Position numbers and translations under genes: made by a program
The notes under the pieces: generated by a model
What the model was told of the DNA's origin: nothing
Databases searched by the model: none
Seen by the model: the letters and a program-made list of their open reading frames with translations, nothing else
Part shown: piece after piece, positions 1 to 9,589 of the stretch
How the letters are laid out: each line of letters opens with the position of its first letter
Numbering within the stretch: position 1 is the first letter of the stretch
Source: an uncultured cyanobacterium
Lineage (GTDB): Bacteria > Cyanobacteriota > Cyanobacteriia > PCC-9006 > JAAUQQ01
Assembly (NCBI GenBank): GCA_963718615.1
Contig: OY970368.1
Coordinates: 768,001 to 832,000 of the forward strand
Direction of reading: 5' to 3'
Length of the DNA stretch: 64,000 nt

Positions 1-2468
1 GAAGAAAAGATTGAAACATCTCCAGCTCGTTCTGTTGACTCAACACTACCTATCTTTCCTCCTCTTAAAGATCCAATTACACTCAAAACATAAAGATTTT
101 CTACAGAAGAATCTATATTACCAGTAATCGCTGAAGTGTTTGCGTGGACAGAAATATTTCCGCTTGTTGACGCTAACCTAACAGATCCTATTTCTCCACC
201 ACGATAACTATTGATAGGCACTCTACTAACGTCGTTTTGTACTTGAATCGAATCATCGAATGAGCCAAAATTTATGCGAGAATCGACACTTACGTATGAT
301 TTTATTTTATTTGCCAAAAGTTCATTTTGAGATGAAATATCTATGTTTCCGCCTTTGAAAGATAGATCAAGACTATTTATCTCTCCTCCTCTTCCTGCAT
401 ATGCAAATGAATCTGAAGATGCTGTTGCTAGAAAATCTAAATGAGCCACGTCTACAAATGCAAGGATATCACTTGCAACGAACGAGTTGCCTGCCGAGAT
501 ATTGATGTCTCCACTATTTCCGACAAATTTTCCTGCATCAACTTTACCACCATTTCCAGTGAGAAAAGATGAATCTTTAGATGCGAACGTGGATGCATAT
601 AAATCTATAAATGTGTTTATCCTGATAGAAGAATCTATTTTTTGGGACTCGAAAGATTGATTAGAATAGACTGTTATGTCTCCTCCAAAAACCGTCTGAT
701 CAATAGCCAAAATTGTTCCTCCATTGACCACATCAAATACAGGATTATCGTTGGCATATTTCTGAGCAGATGCATCTATATTTACGAGTGAATTAGAAGA
801 GGATTGAATATTCTTGGCTGTTAGTGAAATCAGAGAATCTAGAGAAATATCTCCACCGGCCGTTATTGTTTTTATCTCTCCGATTTGCGCTGAGTTTCCT
901 GACTCTACTGAGGCGTTTACTTTTGTGTAGCTATAAGCAGAGGCGTATATTTCTCCTATTCTAGCCGATGCAGAAGAGGATAGACCAATATTACCTGCAA
1001 CAGATGAGTTTGATACCGCCTCAATATTGCCCTGGCTGATAGCAGTACCATTGATTGTGTAGAATTGAGAACTGCCTTCTGAGATTGACGCTGAATAAGT
1101 ATATATGTCCTTGAGTAGGACTTCGCCATCTGCCTGTATTACTATATTCCCTCCATGAGATAGAGTCAGGGGTCGAGTAATATCATTCACGTTAAGAGTT
1201 TCACCATAGGAAACAGACTGAGCAGATGTATTTAGGTTTTGACCTAAGATATTAGAGCCAGACTTCAAGAAAATACTACCTCCCTTTGCTTCTGCAATAT
1301 CCCCAGAAGGTAGAAAGATGATATTCGGATTGAGAGCGTATTCAAGTTCAGACAAGTCTCCAATCCAGTTGCCGACCCTTGCAGCGGTTATCAAATCTCC
1401 GTTCAATTCAATTTCCCATTGAGAATCAATCCAAACATCTCCCCCATTTGCAAACTGGCCCATCTCGAAAATCTGCCTTGTATCAATCATTTCAGCCTGT
1501 ATATCTCCTTCTTGCAATGTAAGATTTGGCTGATACTGATTGGTCAACAAAACTGTTCCGCCTTCATTCCGAATGTCCCCAATTTCAATTCCCGACCCTA
1601 CCGTCCCATCACCACTACTTAGCGCCAATATCCCCGATCGCACATCCACCGTCGGCTCCGCAGCCCCATCAATCTCTACCACCGTCGCCCCATCCGACAA
1701 CAGCACTGACTCCCGCAGCACATTCCCTGCCAGTCCCTGCCCCATCACCGTAACATCTCCCACTGTCACCGAGCCCCCTGACAAAATATGCAACGAGCCT
1801 CCGGTGTAATCTCCTAGTGTGATACTTCCAGGCGATCGCAACAAAACCCCACCCCTCGCCGCTAGTGCTCCCTGCAACTCAATCGCACTCCCATTCAGTA
1901 GCAGCCCCCCCTCTGAGCTCAAAGCTCCTTCAGCGACAATGGGCGATCGCCCCACCTGCAAACCCGGCTGAACCTTCAGCGTCAGCAACGGTGCAGCACC
2001 CAAATTGAGCACCTCAAAGATGCCATCGGCACCAAAATCAAAGGCATCTGCTGTGCTAGCAATAAACGAACCCGCCAAATCCAGCCTGGCTCCTGGCCCG
2101 AACAAAATACCATTGGGATTGAGCAGGAATAGATCTGCTGACCCCGACACCCCCAGCGTCCCATCAATCCGGGACGCTGCATTCCCTGTTACCCGACTAA
2201 AGATCTGCTCAATGCCAGCCGGATTCTCAAAATAAACCGCTCGACCCGCCCCCACCCCAAATGACGTAAAACTGTGAAAGAGATTTGGTCCTCTTGACTG
2301 CCCTCCCTCGATCACATCAAGCACAAGATCATTATTGACCACCTGACGCACACGAGACGATTCCACACCCAAACTATCATCTGGCAATACCTCTTGGGCA
2401 ATCCCCGGCAACACACTTAAGGTAATACCCCCAAGCGTCAGCAGAACTGTCAACCTTGTATCCCGCAT
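1..2468 (-). CDS. Filamentous haemagglutinin N-terminal (TPS secretion) domain exoprotein; 3' end runs off the window
   Basis: Not in the ORF track because there is no stop in the window. Manual translation from ATG 2468 gives a signal peptide (MRDTRLTVLLTLGGITLSVLPGIAQEV), then NLFHSFTSF, IFSRVTG, LFLLNPNGILFG, and GDVSI-type beta-helix repeats in the same frame near base 1. Confidence 0.9.
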   Translation of the reverse strand, partial: MRDTRLTVLLTLGGITLSVLPGIAQEVLPDDSLGVESSRVRQVVNNDLVLDVIEGGQSRGPNLFHSFTSFGVGAGRAVYFENPAGIEQIFSRVTGNAASRIDGTLGVSGSADLFLLNPNGILFGPGARLDLAGSFIASTADAFDFGADGIFEVLNLGAAPLLTLKVQPGLQVGRSPIVAEGALSSEGGLLLNGSAIELQGALAARGGVLLRSPGSITLGDYTGGSLHILSGGSVTVGDVTVMGQGLAGNVLRESVLLSDGATVVEIDGAAEPTVDVRSGILALSSGDGTVGSGIEIGDIRNEGGTVLLTNQYQPNLTLQEGDIQAEMIDTRQIFEMGQFANGGDVWIDSQWEIELNGDLITAARVGNWIGDLSELEYALNPNIIFLPSGDIAEAKGGSIFLKSGSNILGQNLNTSAQSVSYGETLNVNDITRPLTLSHGGNIVIQADGEVLLKDIYTYSASISEGSSQFYTINGTAISQGNIEAVSNSSVAGNIGLSSSASARIGEIYASAYSYTKVNASVESGNSAQIGEIKTITAGGDISLDSLISLTAKNIQSSSNSLVNIDASAQKYANDNPVFDVVNGGTILAIDQTVFGGDITVYSNQSFESQKIDSSIRINTFIDLYASTFASKDSSFLTGNGGKVDAGKFVGNSGDINISAGNSFVASDILAFVDVAHLDFLATASSDSFAYAGRGGEINSLDLSFKGGNIDISSQNELLANKIKSYVSVDSRINFGSFDDSIQVQNDVSRVPINSYRGGEIGSVRLASTSGNISVHANTSAITGNIDSSVENLYVLSVIGSLRGGKIGSVESTERAGDVSIFS

Positions 2469-2649
2469 CACTGTGCCTCTGCTCTACTCAATTATTTTAT
2501 ACTCAGTGGATCGCGAATACTTCGAAAATCTCTATCAACACAGTATCTAAAATAACCAAATGATTTGCTCCGACCTTCTAGAAGCAAGGCAGAATGCCTT
2601 ACATTACTCAATTTCACAATAGGCCTTACGTTTTCTAGTCTACTTGGTG

Positions 2650-2839
2650 AGCTACGAGCAAGCTGGATCACCGCTCCGACCTTTCCTGGGGTGTAGCTCA
2701 TCTCTTGACGAATCTCATCCAGGAAAAACACGGACAAATTGCCTCCATGGGTCCTGATCCAGTGGTCTTTGTCAGAACCAGGCAGGGCCGACAGCCAGAT
2801 CACTTTGGGCTGGGTTTCGTCGCGCTGGCGATCGCCCAT
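2650..2839 (-). pseudogene. Fragment of an AAA_33/polynucleotide-kinase-like P-loop protein
   Basis: VIWLSALPGSDKDHWIR...FFLDEIRQEM...GAVIQLAR resembles the SGLPGSGKD...SLDEIRQEL region, with a degenerate Walker A; both ends are missing. Confidence 0.5.
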
Positions 2840-2984
2840 ATCGTGATTCCGGGATGTCCAAGTTAAAATAATGGGAGAGCAATGTTCTGATCGGTTGAGG
2901 TTATGGTCTACCAAAACTCTCCACAGTATTCCGTCTACACCCGAAGGGTTAGGGGGTGGTGAAGCGAAGCGCGAGTGATAAGGA

Positions 2985-3055
2985 GGAAGAATGCAAAGCG
3001 TAAAGACTGAATGTAGCCCACTTTGAAGGATTTTGAACTGATAAAATAAACTCAT
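2985..3055 (-). pseudogene. N-terminal remnant of Y1 transposase TnpA
   Basis: QSGLHSVFTLCI resembles the TnpA N-terminus (GxHSVF/YxLxxH); divergent from tnpB and cut short at the left-end hairpin. Confidence 0.5.
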
Positions 3056-4241
3056 GCTAACCCTGACCTATGAGTACAAACTGAAGCCAACTGCTCAGCA
3101 AATTGAAGAGCTAGAAAATAGCTTGGATGTTTGCCGAAAGGTTTGGAATTATGCCCTCAAAGAGCGCAAGGACTGGATTGCTTCAAGGAAGTGTCCTATC
3201 AATGCCTGTTCTCTTCAGAGTGAATACATCATGGTGGCAGATGCTCCTTATCCTGGTTTTGCTCAGCAATGCAAATCCTTGACTCAGGCCAAGAAAACAA
3301 ATCCTGACCTCAAATCCGTCAATGCTCAATCCCTTCAGCAGGTGCTGAAGACTTTAGAGAAGGCATTCAAGGATAGAACAGATCGTGGGTTTGGCTTTCC
3401 TCGGTTTAAGAAACCTGGCCAGATGAAGTCCTTTCTATTTCCCCAACTGGGAAAGGCTCCGCTAGGGGAGGGATGGGTGAAGCTTCCCAGTATCGGGAAA
3501 ATTGCTATCCGGCAGTCGAGACCCTATCCCGAAGGCTTCCAGGTGAAGCAGGCCAGGATAGTGAAGCGGGCGTCAGGGTTTTATGTGATGCTCTGTTTTC
3601 AAGCAGAGTTGTCCATTCCCGATGTGCCATTGGTAGGTCAGTGTGTGGGTGTCGATGTGGGGTTGGAATATTTCCTGTCAGCTTCGGATGGGCTGCAAGT
3701 TCATCGTCCTCGGTTTTTCGTTGACCTGCAAAGCGAGCTGAAATTGCTGCAACGCAGACTCAAGAAAAAGGTGCTGGGGTCGAAGAACTGGAAAAAGCTT
3801 CAACTCAAGAGCGCAAAGCTGCATGAACGAATCAGCAACACTCGCAAGGATTTCCACTTCAAGATTGCTCATCTGCTCTGTGAGCGGGGCGATGTGATTG
3901 TGGTGGAAAATCTGAATCTCGTGGGCTTGTCTCGTGGCATGTTGGGCAAACACATGCTCGATGCTGGATTGGGACAGTTCCTGAATCAGATTTTGCCTTG
4001 GGTGTGCTTCAAGCGAGGGAAAGGGTATCTCAAAGTGGATGCCCGTGGAACTTCTCAGCAATGCCCTGATTGTGGTCATGCCGTGAAAAAGGTACTGGCA
4101 GACCGTTGGCACAATTGTCCCCATTGCGGGTCATTAATGCCTCGGGACATTGCCAGTGCGATTGTGATTAAGCAAAGGGCCGTGGGGCGCACGGTTCAAG
4201 AAAAGGCTTGTGGAGACGGTCTAGCGGGGGTGGCGGCATGA
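3054..4241 (+). CDS. tnpB: RNA-guided endonuclease TnpB
   Basis: N-terminal YEYKLKPT/HTH, GFPRFK, RuvC I VGVDVGL, RuvC II VVENL, zinc finger CPDC...CPHC, RuvC III RDIASA. Confidence 0.95.
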   Translation: MLTLTYEYKLKPTAQQIEELENSLDVCRKVWNYALKERKDWIASRKCPINACSLQSEYIMVADAPYPGFAQQCKSLTQAKKTNPDLKSVNAQSLQQVLKTLEKAFKDRTDRGFGFPRFKKPGQMKSFLFPQLGKAPLGEGWVKLPSIGKIAIRQSRPYPEGFQVKQARIVKRASGFYVMLCFQAELSIPDVPLVGQCVGVDVGLEYFLSASDGLQVHRPRFFVDLQSELKLLQRRLKKKVLGSKNWKKLQLKSAKLHERISNTRKDFHFKIAHLLCERGDVIVVENLNLVGLSRGMLGKHMLDAGLGQFLNQILPWVCFKRGKGYLKVDARGTSQQCPDCGHAVKKVLADRWHNCPHCGSLMPRDIASAIVIKQRAVGRTVQEKACGDGLAGVAA

Positions 4242-4318
4242 AGGTGCTGTCATCTAGCCAAGAGTCTGTGAAACAAGAATCTCCTTCTGTACCTGAAAGG
4301 TCAGAGGGAGAGCGTCAA

Positions 4319-4993
4319 TCACTCCAAGATAAGTACATCAACCTGCTGACGGACTTTGGCTTTAAGCGTGTTTTTGGCATGGAACCCAACAAGCAGCTTT
4401 TAATGGATTTTTTAAACACACTGCTTCCTCCAGAACGCCAAATCGAAGACCTCACGTTCAAAAACAATGAGAACATTGGCAATACACCCATCGATCGCAA
4501 AGCAATCTTCGACATCTATTGCCAGGGGTGGATGTACGTGTTGAGACACTTGGCAGAATTGAGCGATCGCCCCCCTGCCCTTCAGGAAGAGATTTTTAAC
4601 GAACTATTTCGAGTTGCAGAAATAGCTAACTTCTCTCCGGTAGAACAGGATAGCTATCAAGATAGTTTGAAATACTATCGCGATCTCAATAATGTTGTGG
4701 ATACCTCTCGACAGGAGGGATTTGAGCAGGGGATCGAGCAAGGGATCGAGCAAGGGATTGAGCAAGGGATTGAGCAAGGGATTGAGCAAGAGCGATCGCG
4801 ATTGTTAGAACGTCAGCGAGCGCTTGTTCTGCGACTATTGCAGCGATCGCTAGGGACTTCACTCCATGCGGCCCAGGAAAGCATTCAGCAGCTTTCTTTA
4901 GAACAGTTAGAGGTTTTGTATGAAGCGCTGCTTGATTTCTCGACGTTGGATGATTTGATGCTTTGGCTAGAACAACACGAATCAGTAAACTAA
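4319..4993 (+). pseudogene. Rpn/PD-(D/E)XK nuclease-family protein with C-terminal DUF4351; start displaced by IS, internal in-frame deletion
   Basis: YINLLTDFGFKRVFG...RKAIFDIYCQG joins directly to WMYVLRHL, lacking the ExQ region. EQGI repeats and an LEQLEVLYEALLDF tail follow. The first three codons lie at 2903-2911. Confidence 0.85.
4720..4789 (+). repeat. 12-bp coding tandem repeat (GAGCAAGGGATT-like, about 6 copies; EQGI)
   Basis: Directly visible; typical Rpn linker. Confidence 0.9.
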
Positions 4994-5035
4994 ACCAAAA
5001 TTCCAGGATACAGCCTTCCTCACCCCAAACGCTTG

Positions 5036-5743
5036 ATGCAATTCCTCACCCTCGAACAGACCCAAGCCCCCCTCACCCCAGCTCCTAGCCTCCTTGCCAT
5101 GACCCCTGAGGAGTATCAGCAACAGGGCCAGGGATTAGAAATTATCTATGGTGTGCATGAGAGCCGTTTTGGTCCGTTGTTAATGGGCCAGGGCGATCGC
5201 GGCCTTTGCACCCTCCAGTTTTTAGATTCAACCGATTCAGATGTCCAGGCAACTGCAAAAGCCTTGCTCAAGAAACAATGGCCCCAGGCTTCCTTTCGAG
5301 CCGATGACCAAGGCGCAGCCATGGTCCAAAATCTCTTTAAGCCCCAAGCGCCTCGCGATCCCCTCACGCTTTGGGTCAAGGGCACCGACTTTCAAATCCA
5401 AGTCTGGCGTGCGCTGCTCAAAATTCCCCTCGGTCAACGGGCGACCTACCGCGAACTCGCCTGCGCCATCGGCAAACCCACCGCCGCCCGCGCCGTCGGC
5501 AATGCCATTGGCAAAAACCCCATCGCTTATTTGATTCCTTGTCATCGGGTGATTCGAGAATCCGGGGCGTTGGGGGGCTATCGTTGGGGGGGCGATCGCA
5601 AAGCAGCCCTCCTAGACTGGGAATCTGCCTATGGGGAGTCCAGCAAAAACGCCACACCCCAGTTATCAGAGGAGGCAGAGGTGCGAGAAGCCCCAACGAC
5701 CCTTTCAGGCGAAGACGTTCTACCGGATTTGCGCTGGAGCTGA
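5036..5743 (+). CDS. ogt: Methylated-DNA--protein-cysteine S-methyltransferase (Ogt/Ada C-terminal type)
   Basis: GTDFQIQVW, ARAVGNA, IPCHRV active site, GGYRWG. Confidence 0.92.
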   Translation: MQFLTLEQTQAPLTPAPSLLAMTPEEYQQQGQGLEIIYGVHESRFGPLLMGQGDRGLCTLQFLDSTDSDVQATAKALLKKQWPQASFRADDQGAAMVQNLFKPQAPRDPLTLWVKGTDFQIQVWRALLKIPLGQRATYRELACAIGKPTAARAVGNAIGKNPIAYLIPCHRVIRESGALGGYRWGGDRKAALLDWESAYGESSKNATPQLSEEAEVREAPTTLSGEDVLPDLRWS

Positions 5744-5763
5744 CAGCGCTTGGGTAGGCAGGC

Positions 5764-6285
5764 TCAATCCATTGCCACCCCGAGAAACCGATGGGCGAGG
5801 CAAAAGACCTTGCCAAGATCTGCCTCGCGCCCTTCTAAAAAATGCTCCAATAAGGGATTGTGGGTCTGCTGACTCAAGGTACTTTGTCCCATCCGCAACA
5901 GTTGTATGACCCAGGGTAAGACCTTAGGGACAAAGGCCTGTATCGTTTTAGCAGAATACCCTGTTTGTCGAATCACGGATTTAATCAGCTCGCACTGCGG
6001 TTCATAGCCTTGATCAATGGCTTGATCAACGGTTTGATCAAACGGTTGATCAAACTGTGCCAGCATATCCTCCATCGCCGATGGTCGTCGCTGCGCACCC
6101 AGTCGTCGCAAACTCATCCGCAACGGAGAGCTCAGTGCCGTTAACACCACCTCCGTTTGCACGAGGTTCAAGCGATGACGATTGCCCAACTGCCGAATCT
6201 GCATCACACAATCATTGAGCTGCTGCACCGTTCCCTGGCAATGGGTATTGTTAATACAACTTAGGACTTCAAAAAATAACGTCAT
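5764..6285 (-). CDS. DUF937-like cyanobacterial protein
   Basis: MTLFFEVLSCINN...QGTVQQL N-terminus and NPLLEHFL...DLGKVF C-terminus resemble this family. Confidence 0.6.
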   Translation of the reverse strand: MTLFFEVLSCINNTHCQGTVQQLNDCVMQIRQLGNRHRLNLVQTEVVLTALSSPLRMSLRRLGAQRRPSAMEDMLAQFDQPFDQTVDQAIDQGYEPQCELIKSVIRQTGYSAKTIQAFVPKVLPWVIQLLRMGQSTLSQQTHNPLLEHFLEGREADLGKVFCLAHRFLGVAMD

Positions 6286-6290
6286 CCAGG

Positions 6291-7877
6291 CTACTCCTCC
6301 GACGATAGGACCCTAGCAACATGGGTTTGACACGATCGCCCCAAACTCAAAAACCGACGTTCCAGTGTCAAATACCCGATTTCCATTTCATAATGACAAT
6401 CCCCTGCGGGTACCCTGACGAGGCGATCGCGCATCGCTTCATTCACCGGATATTCGCGGATCAACCGACGCTGGGTTATGTGAGGGCCGAGGGCATAAAG
6501 CCGCAGAACCAAGACCTTGCCTCCCCGTTGTCGCAGCATCTGCCGCCGGTCTTCAGCAATATCCCAATAGAGATATACCTGGAGTGGTTTGGCGCAGGCC
6601 AACAGCAAAATTCGACAGGCCTCATAGGTCGCCGGGGCGTGATAGGTATAGACCGAGCGGGCCACATGCAGCCATTGCTGAGCCGATGTTAAATAGCCAA
6701 TTTCAGCCACATAATCGCGATCGCCCAGGGGCAGTTCAACCCAACGACTGGCTTCTCCCGGCTGACAATCATAAACCTGAAGTTGATCAGGGGCTTGCCC
6801 CTCATGCTCGAAATCTAGATGCTCCGCATCGTGGATCTTCAGCACCAGTTGCTCTCCTTGGTGTTGACTGACCAACCGCAGATGGGCCTGGGAAATATGC
6901 CATTCCACCTTAGCTCGGCGCGGGCCAACGGGCAGGAGTCGAATCCAGGTGCGATCGCCCAGGGGATCTGCCAGCAAACTCGCCTTTGCGGTCCCTGGCT
7001 CCAGCTCCAGCTCCAGCAAGGTACGGGTCATGGTTTTTCGCTTGGCACAGGCTGGTACCCTCGCGGCCTCGGAAATTGCCAAGGACTGCCAGCGACCCTC
7101 CGCCCCCACATATCCCAACTCTACCTGATAAAAATGGTTGTCTAGTTCAATCGACAACTGCATATCACAGACTTGAGCCTCGCAGTCATATTGCAAAAAG
7201 GGGCGAGTTTGATGACTAGGCTGGGTAACATCATAAAGCCGCAGTTTTAGGGCCTGCTGGTCAAGGCCTTGGCGACGATCGGCCTGGGACCATTCCCAGT
7301 AGGCATAGGCATGGTGACAATCGCGGGCAACTAAAACCAAGCGGGTCTGGTCTGAAGCCTCAGCGATCGGTTCAAGTCGGGATTCAGCCCAGGATTGAGC
7401 CAGGGATCGAGTCAGGAATGGCCCCCTATCCGGATAGAGTCTCCCCTTCGCTGCCGATTTTCCCCGCCGCATCCACCCGACCCCAAGCAACCCGATCGCT
7501 ACCGGCCCAAGTAGCAGCCAACGGGACCAATCCGGCGTAGGGCGCTGAGGCCCTTGGGCGGGCGATCGCTTTTCCGATCCTCCATTGTGCTCCCCAGCCA
7601 CCGACCCTCGCCTATCCACCAGTCCGTCAAGTAGCCCTTCATTCTTCCAAGTCGAACCGAGCCGTCTTTCAATTCTTTCAGTTGAATCAGGGGGGGTGAT
7701 CGGCAACTCATGCAGTTGCCCATCTAAGAATTGCTCATCCAGTTGCTCACCCGATCGATGAACAAAACTGGCATGTACCCTATGGGGTTGCCACAATCCC
7801 GATGCAGCAGGCAGGACGAGCCCCAGCAATAGTGTCAACATCAGCCGAGGAGCGTTTTGTGAATTCACCATATGCAC
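6291..7877 (-). CDS. Membrane-anchored protein with three DUF4912 domains
   Basis: Signal-like N-terminus and a TM helix, then three repeats of L..RD...AYAYW...LRLYD...Y.VE(L/I)GY. Confidence 0.8.
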   Translation of the reverse strand: MHMVNSQNAPRLMLTLLLGLVLPAASGLWQPHRVHASFVHRSGEQLDEQFLDGQLHELPITPPDSTERIERRLGSTWKNEGLLDGLVDRRGSVAGEHNGGSEKRSPAQGPQRPTPDWSRWLLLGPVAIGLLGVGWMRRGKSAAKGRLYPDRGPFLTRSLAQSWAESRLEPIAEASDQTRLVLVARDCHHAYAYWEWSQADRRQGLDQQALKLRLYDVTQPSHQTRPFLQYDCEAQVCDMQLSIELDNHFYQVELGYVGAEGRWQSLAISEAARVPACAKRKTMTRTLLELELEPGTAKASLLADPLGDRTWIRLLPVGPRRAKVEWHISQAHLRLVSQHQGEQLVLKIHDAEHLDFEHEGQAPDQLQVYDCQPGEASRWVELPLGDRDYVAEIGYLTSAQQWLHVARSVYTYHAPATYEACRILLLACAKPLQVYLYWDIAEDRRQMLRQRGGKVLVLRLYALGPHITQRRLIREYPVNEAMRDRLVRVPAGDCHYEMEIGYLTLERRFLSLGRSCQTHVARVLSSEE

Positions 7878-8189
7878 CTAATTAGAAGAAGTCAAAAACG
7901 TCCTAGGAAGGTCCTCACCCTTATCCATTGTAGTCACAGCTCCGTAGTCACGGTTCCCCCTGGGGATTGAGCAACTTTAGGGCCGAGGAAGAAACTGTAC
8001 CCAATGTACGCTACTGTACGCTAGGGTTTGCTGGGTTTCAGCGAGACTTAAAACTTCTTGCGGATTCTTGTGAATTTCACGGAACACCATCAAGTTTCTT
8101 AACGGAATCAGACGTTGACCGATGCTGTTCTGAAGTTTCATGGAAATGCTAGCCTAGGGGCAGCATTGCTTCAGCGAAAGGGGCGGAAC

Positions 8190-9272
8190 GTGGTAAAGCG
8201 CAGGGCACAGAAGATAGTGGTTGGCCTCTCGGGAGGGGTAGATAGTTCAGCGGCGATCGCCCTGCTCCATGACCAGGGCTACGCGGTAGAAGGCCTGACG
8301 CTCTGGCTGATGAAGGGCAAGGGTCAGTGCTGCTCAGACGGCATGGTCGATGCGGCCAAAATTTGTGAAGACCTCGGCGTCGCCCACCATATTGTTGATA
8401 TTCGCGATCGCTTTCAGACCCACATTGTGGAGTATCTGGTCGAGGGCTACGAAGCCGGGATCACGCCGCTGCCCTGTTCCAACTGCAACCGCATGGTCAA
8501 ATTTAGCCCCATGTGGACCCATGCCCGTGACCATCTAGATGCGGATGGGATTGCAACCGGTCACTATGCCCGCACAAGCTATGACGAAGCAACGGGACGG
8601 ACTCAGCTCCTGCGAGCGGTGTATCGGCCTAAGGATCAGTCCTATTTTCTGTACGATTTGTCCCAGGACGTCTTGGCCCATGTGCTCTTTCCCCTGGGAG
8701 CCTATGCCAAAACCGAAACTCGCCAAACCGTTGCGGCCCATGGCTTACACACCGCAGAAAAACCGGAAAGCATGGACCTCTGTTTGGTGGAGGCCAATGG
8801 CTCCATGCGGGCCTTTCTCGATCAGTATTTAGCGCCCAAACCGGGCGAAATCATCCATACCTCGGGGGAGATCCTGGGACAACACGACGGTATTCATCAC
8901 TACACCATCGGCCAACGCAAAGGGCTAGGCGTAGCCTTCCGTGAACCGCTGTATGTGGTGGCTTTGGATCCAGTGATGAATCGGGTGATTGTCGGCAATC
9001 GCGAGGAGACCCTGGCCTCTGATCTCACCGCCCAACGGGTCAACTGGGTTTCGATCCCAGCACCCACAACGCCCATTCGCGCCGAGGTCCAAATTCGCTA
9101 TCGTTCGGTTCCGACGCCCGCTATCGTGATTCCGTTGACCGAGGAACGGGTGCGGGTGGTGTTTGATGAACCCCAGTCCAGCATCACACCGGGTCAGGCC
9201 GCAGTCTGGTATGACGGAGAGGTATTGTTGGGAGGCGGTGTCATCGAACGTCAGGAGACAGAAAGCCCATGA
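8190..9272 (+). CDS. mnmA: tRNA-specific 2-thiouridylase MnmA
   Basis: [50 protein letters not shown] 8190 is preferred over TTG 8115. Confidence 0.97.
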   Translation: MVKRRAQKIVVGLSGGVDSSAAIALLHDQGYAVEGLTLWLMKGKGQCCSDGMVDAAKICEDLGVAHHIVDIRDRFQTHIVEYLVEGYEAGITPLPCSNCNRMVKFSPMWTHARDHLDADGIATGHYARTSYDEATGRTQLLRAVYRPKDQSYFLYDLSQDVLAHVLFPLGAYAKTETRQTVAAHGLHTAEKPESMDLCLVEANGSMRAFLDQYLAPKPGEIIHTSGEILGQHDGIHHYTIGQRKGLGVAFREPLYVVALDPVMNRVIVGNREETLASDLTAQRVNWVSIPAPTTPIRAEVQIRYRSVPTPAIVIPLTEERVRVVFDEPQSSITPGQAAVWYDGEVLLGGGVIERQETESP

Positions 9273-9280
9273 ACGGAGAG

Positions 9281-9409
9281 ATGAATTTGGATTGGGTCTT
9301 AGGGGCATTAGCGCTGGCGATCGCCCTAGGTGGCCTTTGGATGCTGTTCAACGGCATGGGTGGGATGAATGACGACGGAGCCCCGCAAAAGGCCAAAAAA
9401 CGGGATTAG
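9281..9409 (+). CDS. Small single-TM protein, 42 aa (MNLDWVLGALALAIALGGLWMLFNGMGGMNDDGAPQKAKKRD)
   Basis: GGAG upstream, one hydrophobic helix and a basic tail; an in-frame ATG at 9269 overlaps the mnmA stop. Confidence 0.6.
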   Translation: MNLDWVLGALALAIALGGLWMLFNGMGGMNDDGAPQKAKKRD

Positions 9410-9589
9410 GTTGAGCGCAGCGGAGCCTATTGCCGAATGCAATTTCCGGTTCGAGTTTAAAGATATACAACTGAGACGAAGTTAAGACGGGGCAAGACTC
9501 CGAGTAACTTTTTGGCCCCAATCCAGTGTCATGACCTAGGATGAAACTTGATACCCGCTTGGCACCCTAGCAATCAGGGAGGCAACATA

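Larger units (their letters stand above)
2912..4318 (+). mobile_element. IS200/IS605-family element (tnpB intact, tnpA reduced to a remnant)
   Basis: Left end CTAC|CAAAACT followed by a hairpin at ~2929-2960; right end GAAT-hairpin-TCAA at 4277-4318. Removing 2912-4318 rejoins ATG GTC TAC|TCA CTC CAA in frame. Confidence 0.85.

Noticed and set aside
2492-3055. 187-aa ORF as a real gene or full TnpA
   Set aside because: It is a chance fusion of a tnpA stub, the IS left end and an AAA fragment; no HUH motif.
4208-4318. N-terminal extension of the Rpn ORF
   Set aside because: It is read-through of the IS right end.
4720-4789. Tandem repeats here and at 15610 and 57218 as CRISPR arrays
   Set aside because: No spacers, units too short, no cas genes.
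8006-8019. NtcA-like GTA-N8-TAC
   Set aside because: It arises from a TGTACGCTA duplication; no supporting -10 element identified.
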